Assembly (NCBI GenBank): GCA_963663235.2
Contig: CAXXNO010000002.1
Span: 1-64,000 of the forward strand
Source of the DNA: Dehalococcoidia bacterium
Lineage (GTDB): Bacteria; Chloroflexota; Dehalococcoidia; Bin125
Direction: 5' to 3'
Length of the DNA stretch: 64,000 bases
Shown: positions 58,613 through 64,000 of the stretch, one piece after another
Position numbering within the stretch: position 1 is the first letter of the stretch
Layout of the letters: every line of letters starts with the position of its first letter
Position numbers and translations under genes: made by a program
The notes under the pieces: model-generated
The model's input: the letters and a program-made list of their open reading frames with translations, nothing else
Databases searched by the model: none
Told to the model about the DNA's origin: nothing

Positions 58613-60235
58613 ATGAACGCCGACTACGACGTCATCATCATCGGCGGAGGCATTAACGGCGCGGCGGCGGCGGCCGCGCTGACACGGCGTGGGTACCGCA
58701 TCCTGCTCCTGGAGGAGCGCGACTTCGCTTCGGGCACGACGGCCGCGTCGACGAAACTGATCCACGGCGGGCTTCGCTACCTGGCGAGCGGCGAGGCCGG
58801 CCTGGTCCACGAGTCCCTCCAGTCCCGCGAGCGACTGCTCCGCGAGCGGCCGCACTTGGTCCGGCCGCTGCCCTTCCTGCTGCCCGTCTATCGCGGAGAC
58901 CCCCGCCCCGGCGCTTATGTGCGCGCGGGGCTGTTTCTCTATGACCTCCTCTCACCGCGCAAGGTGTCCCCCCGGCATCGCGCCTTCTCGCGCCAGCAGA
59001 TCCGGCGCCTGGAGCCCGCTCTCCGCACCCAGGGGCTCACCGCCACCTACCTTTACTACGACGCGCAGGTGGTCCTGCCGGAACGCCTCTGCATGGAGTA
59101 CCTCAGCGAGGCACGCGACGCCGGCGCCGACATCCGCAACTACAGCTCCGTGGATTTCATTGTGGTCGGCGGCGGCGTGGCGAGGGGCGTCGACTTTCAC
59201 GACGTCCTCAGCGGAGCGCGCCATCAAGCCAGCGCGCAGCTCATCGTCAACGCGGCCGGACCGTGGGTGGATGCAGTGCTGGCAGCGACCGGCGAATCGG
59301 TCCGTCCCCGGCTGGGGCCCACCAAGGGCTCCCACCTGGTCCTGGACTTGGAGGGGCGCGGGCCTCGGCACGCGATCCTGGCGCCGGCCCGCTCCGACGG
59401 CCGCCCGGTCTTCGTGATCCCCTGGCTCGACCACCATCTGGTCGGCACGACCGATGTGCGCTTCGCCGGCGATCCGCGGGACGCCGTCGCGGAGGAGTGG
59501 GAGGTGGAGTATCTCCTGGAGGAGACCGCCCGCATCCTGCCCGGCGTGGGCATCGACCGCGACCACGTGCGCTACGCCTACAGCGGCGTCCGCCCTCTGC
59601 CCCATCACCCGCGCCCGGTCGCGGAGGGATCGATCTCACGCCGTCATTACGTGATCGACCATTCGGCCGAGGGGGTGCGCGGCCTGTTGTCCATCGTCGG
59701 AGGCAAGCTGACCACGGCCGAACGCACCGCCGAAGCGGTGGTGCGCGCCGCGCGGGGCGCGATCGGGGCGCCGCCGCGGACCGGCCGGCCGCGCGCGCTG
59801 CCGGGCCAGCAGCCCGGCCGTGTCTCGTTCTTGCGCGCGGAGGTGCAGGAGCACCTGCGCGACCGCTACGGCCCTCGCGCCGCGGATGTGGCCGCCTACG
59901 CCGCGCTCGAGCCGACGCTCTCCGAGCCGCTGAGCCCCCACCACCCGGATATCGGCGCGCAGGTCCTCTACGCCGTTGAGCACGAGGGCGCCCGCACGGT
60001 GGCCGACGTCCTCTTACGCCGCACGGCGATCGGCCTCACCCACGACCTCGGCCGGGCGGCGGCGCCGAGAGCGGCGGCGATCATCGCCGACCAGCTGGGC
60101 TGGTCCGAGTTGCAGCGGCGCTCGGCGCTGCGCGACTACGAGCGCGAGGTGCGTCGGACCTTCACGATGCTGCCCGCCGAGTGGCGCGACGCCACTGAAG
60201 ATCGTGAGCCGGACGCGAGCGTCGCCCCCGCCTGA
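58613..60235 (+). CDS. glpD: FAD-dependent glycerol-3-phosphate dehydrogenase/oxidase
   Basis: 'IIGGGING', 'DFASGTT..STKLIHGGLRYL', 'NAAGPWVD', 'KGSH', 'GTTD', 'YSGVRPL', 'GGKLTT', 'DVLLRRT'. Confidence 0.9.
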   Translation: MNADYDVIIIGGGINGAAAAAALTRRGYRILLLEERDFASGTTAASTKLIHGGLRYLASGEAGLVHESLQSRERLLRERPHLVRPLPFLLPVYRGDPRPGAYVRAGLFLYDLLSPRKVSPRHRAFSRQQIRRLEPALRTQGLTATYLYYDAQVVLPERLCMEYLSEARDAGADIRNYSSVDFIVVGGGVARGVDFHDVLSGARHQASAQLIVNAAGPWVDAVLAATGESVRPRLGPTKGSHLVLDLEGRGPRHAILAPARSDGRPVFVIPWLDHHLVGTTDVRFAGDPRDAVAEEWEVEYLLEETARILPGVGIDRDHVRYAYSGVRPLPHHPRPVAEGSISRRHYVIDHSAEGVRGLLSIVGGKLTTAERTAEAVVRAARGAIGAPPRTGRPRALPGQQPGRVSFLRAEVQEHLRDRYGPRAADVAAYAALEPTLSEPLSPHHPDIGAQVLYAVEHEGARTVADVLLRRTAIGLTHDLGRAAAPRAAAIIADQLGWSELQRRSALRDYEREVRRTFTMLPAEWRDATEDREPDASVAPA

Positions 60236-60271
60236 CCTGCTGCCGCCGCGCCTCCAGCCGATGATTGGATC

Positions 60272-61102
60272 GTGGGTAGAATTCTCCGGCTCCCCAGGCG
60301 CGTCCTGATGGCGTTGGCGCAACGGCCGTGGCGAAGCCGGCGTCCTTGGGCGGCGCTGGTCTGGCTCGGGGTGGCGGCCTACGCAGCGGCCGGCGCCGTG
60401 CCGAGCGAGGCCACGCACGGCCCCCTGGCCGCGATGCTGGTCCTCCTCGCCGCGTTCTGGACCAATCGGCGCATGCAGCGCGACCAGCATCGCCGGGCCC
60501 ATCACATGGCGCAGACCATCATCGCCCTGCGGCGGCACGCCGCCGCCTTTGAACGGGACGCCACCACCGATGCGCTCACGGGCCTGGCCAATCGGAAGGC
60601 GTTCGACCGCGAGTTGGCGCTCGCCTTCGAGGAGCGGCTTAGCGGAAACGCCAGCGCTCTGCTGCTCATTGACCTCGGCGGCTTCAAGCAGATCAACGAT
60701 ACCTGGGGACACGGCATCGGCGACGCGGCCCTGCGGCAGGTCGCGCGTGTCCTCTTGCAAGAGAGCCGCGCGGAGGATCTGGTTGCGCGGTTGGGCGGCG
60801 ACGAGTTCGGCGTGCTGGCCCGCTCGATCGACGGCGCGGCGGCCCGGCGGCTCGCTCAGCGCTTGCAGCGGGCCGCCGCGAGCAAGTCGGTCCACCAGGA
60901 CGCCGACGGGAAGGCCGTGCGGGTCTCGTTCTCCGTCGGCATCGCGGCGCTCGCCGACCGTGCCGACCTCGACGCGGCCCTGATCAGCGCAGACCGCGAT
61001 CTCTACGCCGAGAAGGCGCGCGCCATCGCCAACGATCCCGCGCTCGCCGACGCCAAAGTGCGCTCGCTCATCCGCCGCAAGGCCGCGCGGCGCGCCGCCT
61101 GA
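60272..61102 (+). CDS. Membrane-anchored diguanylate cyclase (GGDEF)
   Basis: 2 TM, 'DALTGLANR', 'FKQINDTWGH..GD', I-site RAED, 'RLGGDEF'; start may be ATG 60308. Confidence 0.88.
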   Translation: MGRILRLPRRVLMALAQRPWRSRRPWAALVWLGVAAYAAAGAVPSEATHGPLAAMLVLLAAFWTNRRMQRDQHRRAHHMAQTIIALRRHAAAFERDATTDALTGLANRKAFDRELALAFEERLSGNASALLLIDLGGFKQINDTWGHGIGDAALRQVARVLLQESRAEDLVARLGGDEFGVLARSIDGAAARRLAQRLQRAAASKSVHQDADGKAVRVSFSVGIAALADRADLDAALISADRDLYAEKARAIANDPALADAKVRSLIRRKAARRAA

Positions 61103-61105
61103 CTG

Positions 61106-63499
61106 CTATACCACCGCCTTGGACGGGAAAGGCTGCCGCCAGCGCGGCGGCGCCGATCGTGGGCCGCCATGCGCCGCGAAATCGAGCCGCTGCAAGCGCA
61201 AAGAATTGGCCATCACGCTGAGGCTGGAGAGCATCATCGCGAAGGCGGCCACGATCGGCTCCAGGAAGCCCTGGTCGCCGAGCAGCCAGTGCAGCCCGCC
61301 CGGCACCGGACCCACGACCTGGAACAGCGGGTAGAAGAGCCCGGCCGCAACCGGGATCAGCAGCACGTTGTAGCCGAAGGCCCATCCCAGGTTCTGACGG
61401 ATCGTGCGCATCGTGGCGCGACTGAGCGTCACCGCGCCGAAGACGCCCAAGGGGTCATCGCGCATCAGGGTGATCTGCGCCGTCTCGATCGCCACGTCGG
61501 TCCCGCCGCCCATAGCGATCCCCACGTCCGCCAGCGCCAGCGCCGGCGCGTCGTTGATGCCGTCTCCGACCATCGCCACGACCTCGCCGTCACGCTGCAG
61601 TCGCTCGACGACGGACGCCTTGTCCGCGGGGAGAACCTCGGCGATTACGTCGTCCGCGCCGATGGCGTCGCCCACCGCGCGCGCGGTGAAGGCGTTGTCG
61701 CCGGTCAGCAGGATCACCCGCAGACCCAGGTCACTCAAGCGCCGCACGGCCTCGGCGGCGGTCGGCTTCAGCGTATCGGCCACCGCGATGACGCCGGCGA
61801 CGGCTCCATCGACGGCGACGAACATCGGGGTCTTCCCCGCCCCAGCGAGACCGGCTGCCGACTCGGCCAGCAACCCCGTCGCGTAGCCGCGATCCGCCAT
61901 CAGACCGGCGTTGCCGACCTCGACCCGGCGCCCATCAACGCGGCCGCCGGCGCCCTTGCCGGGCACAGCCTCAAACTCCTCGGGTTCCGCGAGCACCAGA
62001 TCGCGCGCCGCCGCCGCCTTCACGATCGCTTCACCGAGCGCGTGCTCGGACCCTCGCTCCACGGACGCCGCCAGGCGAAGCAACTCCGGCTCGCTCCACG
62101 CCGCAATGGTGAGCACGTCCGTCACCTCCGGCCGCCCATGAGTGACGGTGCCGGTCTTGTCCAAGACGACGGTGGTCACGTCCTCGACCCGCTCGAGCGC
62201 CGCGGCGTTCCGGATCAGGACACCGCGCTGCGCCCCTTTGCCGACGCCGACCATGATCGCGGTCGGGGTGGCCAGGCCCAGCGCGCAGGGGCAGGCGACC
62301 ACCAGCACCGCGACGGCGTTGAGGATCCCGAGCGTCAGGCTCGGCGACGGGCCCAGGCCCCACCACAGCAGCAGCGACACCATCGCGATCGCGATGACCA
62401 CCGGCACAAACACCGCCGCAATGCGATCCGCCAGCCGCTGCACCGGCGGTTTCGATCCCTGCGCCGCTTCCACCAGCTTGATGATCTGCGCCAGGACCGT
62501 CTCACCGCCCACCTGTGTCGCCCGGAAGCGCAGCCGCCCGGTCCCGTTGATCGTGGCGCCGAACACGCGCGCGCCGGGGCCCTTTTCCACCGGCAGGCTC
62601 TCGCCGGTGAGCATGGACTCGTCCACGGTGCTGCGCCCGTCGACCACTTCGCCGTCGACCGGGAACTTCTCGCCGGGGCGGATGGCCAGCAGGTCGCCGC
62701 TGCGGAGCGCCTCCACCAGGACCTCTTCCTCCACGCCGTCGCGGACGACGCGCGCCGTAGTGGGGCGCATCTTCAGCAGCCGTTTGATCGCGGCAGACGT
62801 CCGCCCCTTGGCCCGCGCTTCCAGATAGCGGCCCAGGGTCACGAACCCCACGATGATCAGCGCCGTGTCGTAGAAGGTGTCGCGCGCCAGGCCCGCGTCT
62901 TCGATGAGCCCCGCCGCGAACGTCGCCACGACGCTGTAGGCGAAAGCAGCGCCGACGCCGAGCGTGATCAGCGTGTTCATGTCGCTGGTGCCGTGGCGCG
63001 CCACCAGCAATGCCGCGCGGAAGATGCCCCGGCCCGACCACAGCAGCGCCGGTGTGGCGACTGCGAACACCACGACGAAGAGGAGATCACGGTCCCACCG
63101 CAGGTCCGCCCAGCGGTTGACCTGGAGCGCGAAGAACATCGACCAACCCAGGGCCAGCGCGACCACGGCGGCCCGGAAGAGCGACCGTCGCTCCGCGTCG
63201 CGCTCCCGCGCCTCCCAGTCCTCAGAGACCGCCTCGCGGGCCCGGTAGCCGGCCCGCTCCACTGCGGCGATGAGCGCCGCCCGCTCCGCCACGCCCGGCA
63301 CGACCTCCACGCTGGCGCGCTCGCTCGCCAGGTTGACCGTGGCCGCCACGACGCCCGGCGCCTTCTGCAGCTCGGACTCCAGGCGCAGCACGCAGGAGGC
63401 GCAGTGCATCCCCTGGATGGCGAGCGTGACCTCCTCCGTGCCGTCGCCGGCGGGGGAGTCGCGCTGCTCTGATCCGATGTCGCTGTGGGCGGAGACCAC
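61106..63499 (-). CDS. copA: Cu(I)-translocating P1B-type ATPase
   Basis: HMA 'GMHCASC', 'TGES', '[10 protein letters not shown]', 'DKTGT', 'GDGIND', TM 'YN' and 'MMLSS'. Confidence 0.95.
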   Translation of the reverse strand: MVSAHSDIGSEQRDSPAGDGTEEVTLAIQGMHCASCVLRLESELQKAPGVVAATVNLASERASVEVVPGVAERAALIAAVERAGYRAREAVSEDWEARERDAERRSLFRAAVVALALGWSMFFALQVNRWADLRWDRDLLFVVVFAVATPALLWSGRGIFRAALLVARHGTSDMNTLITLGVGAAFAYSVVATFAAGLIEDAGLARDTFYDTALIIVGFVTLGRYLEARAKGRTSAAIKRLLKMRPTTARVVRDGVEEEVLVEALRSGDLLAIRPGEKFPVDGEVVDGRSTVDESMLTGESLPVEKGPGARVFGATINGTGRLRFRATQVGGETVLAQIIKLVEAAQGSKPPVQRLADRIAAVFVPVVIAIAMVSLLLWWGLGPSPSLTLGILNAVAVLVVACPCALGLATPTAIMVGVGKGAQRGVLIRNAAALERVEDVTTVVLDKTGTVTHGRPEVTDVLTIAAWSEPELLRLAASVERGSEHALGEAIVKAAAARDLVLAEPEEFEAVPGKGAGGRVDGRRVEVGNAGLMADRGYATGLLAESAAGLAGAGKTPMFVAVDGAVAGVIAVADTLKPTAAEAVRRLSDLGLRVILLTGDNAFTARAVGDAIGADDVIAEVLPADKASVVERLQRDGEVVAMVGDGINDAPALALADVGIAMGGGTDVAIETAQITLMRDDPLGVFGAVTLSRATMRTIRQNLGWAFGYNVLLIPVAAGLFYPLFQVVGPVPGGLHWLLGDQGFLEPIVAAFAMMLSSLSVMANSLRLQRLDFAAHGGPRSAPPRWRQPFPSKAVV

Positions 63500-63523
63500 G
63501 GATATCCCTCTCTGCGGCGATCG

Positions 63524-63539
63524 TACCGGGTTCGGAGTA
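63524..63539. promoter_or_regulatory. Candidate CsoR-type copper operator
   Basis: TACCGGGTTCGGAGTA pseudo-palindrome (TAC...GTA with G/C core) 25-40 nt upstream of copA. Confidence 0.4.
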
Positions 63540-63594
63540 TTACGGTCGTTATAATCGAACCGACCGCGAACGCCATCGCAAACACAGGTGCGCC

Positions 63595-64000
63595 GTGCCC
63601 CGAGTGCTGCTCCTCATCCCCAGCGCCAACTACCGCGCGCCGGACTTCATGCGCGCCGCGGCGGCACTGGACGTCGAGGTGGTGGTGGGGACCGACAACG
63701 AGCCGCCGCTGGCCGCCCTCGCTCCCGGGCACATGCTCCAGGTCGACTACCGCGAGTCGGAGAGCGGCCCGCAGCAGATCGCCGACTTCGCCCGCGAGCA
63801 CCCGCTGGACGCCATCGTCGCCGTGGACGACCAGGGCACGACCCTGGCGGCCCGCGCATCGCGCTGGCTGGGGCTGCCCCACAACTCGCCGGCGGCCGTG
63901 CAGGCGACGCGGAACAAGTACGACCTGCGGAAGCGCCTGAGCACGGCGGGCATCGCGAGTCCTCCGTTTCTGCTCGCCTCGACCCGCGACGACCCCGCCC
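63595..64000 (+). CDS. ATP-grasp domain protein (runs off window)
   Basis: GTG 63595: '[17 protein letters not shown]...DAIVAVDD...[17 protein letters not shown]'; TATAAT upstream. Confidence 0.8.
   Translation, partial: MPRVLLLIPSANYRAPDFMRAAAALDVEVVVGTDNEPPLAALAPGHMLQVDYRESESGPQQIADFAREHPLDAIVAVDDQGTTLAARASRWLGLPHNSPAAVQATRNKYDLRKRLSTAGIASPPFLLASTRDDPA

Noticed and set aside
61169-63472. 767-aa ORF antisense to copA (and similar long antisense or alternate-frame ORFs throughout)
   Set aside because: Expected from codon bias at ~70% GC; no recognisable motifs

Overview
High-GC (~70%) bacterial chromosome segment, almost all core genome. The gene content and protein style (GuaB3-type IMPDH, NLPY-type PrmC, a complex I operon without nuoEFG, cdaA-cdaR, AMMECR1/Memo fusion) suggest Chloroflexota, probably Dehalococcoidia-like; this is inference only. 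Left edge: probable end of an element integrated at tRNA-Arg(CCG), with an excisionase-like HTH gene and arm-type repeats. Then comM, rel, hisS-prfA-prmC, guaB3, rsmI, metG-tatD-polyprenyl synthase, dnaX-ebfC-recR-recO, and a complex-I-like operon nuoA-C-D-H-J-K-(small PII-like ORF)-L-M-N-ybeY. Next come a ceramide-synthase-like GNAT/PHP/MaoC/MaoC cluster, cdaA-cdaR-der-plsY-gpsA, argF, comEA-comEC, rph, a DUF1015/serA/aminotransferase/selA serine-selenium locus, mutS2, rarA, tRNA-Ile2, orphan cheR, glpD, a GGDEF protein and copA. Most notable: (1) a ~190-nt structured leader upstream of guaB3 with a sigma70 promoter, an intrinsic terminator and a competing anti-terminator pairing, matching no riboswitch I recognise; (2) a nuo operon with no Fe-S subunit at all (no nuoB, nuoI, nuoEFG) but an inserted, translationally coupled 64-aa PII/DUF2007-like gene; (3) a bacterial-ceramide-synthase-like acyltransferase clustered with hot-dog dehydratases next to phospholipid genes; (4) an unannotated 32-aa membrane peptide; (5) a probable CTG start for mutS2 and many apparently leaderless genes. 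No CRISPR array or rRNA seen. All calls come from reading motifs by eye; no database search was run.
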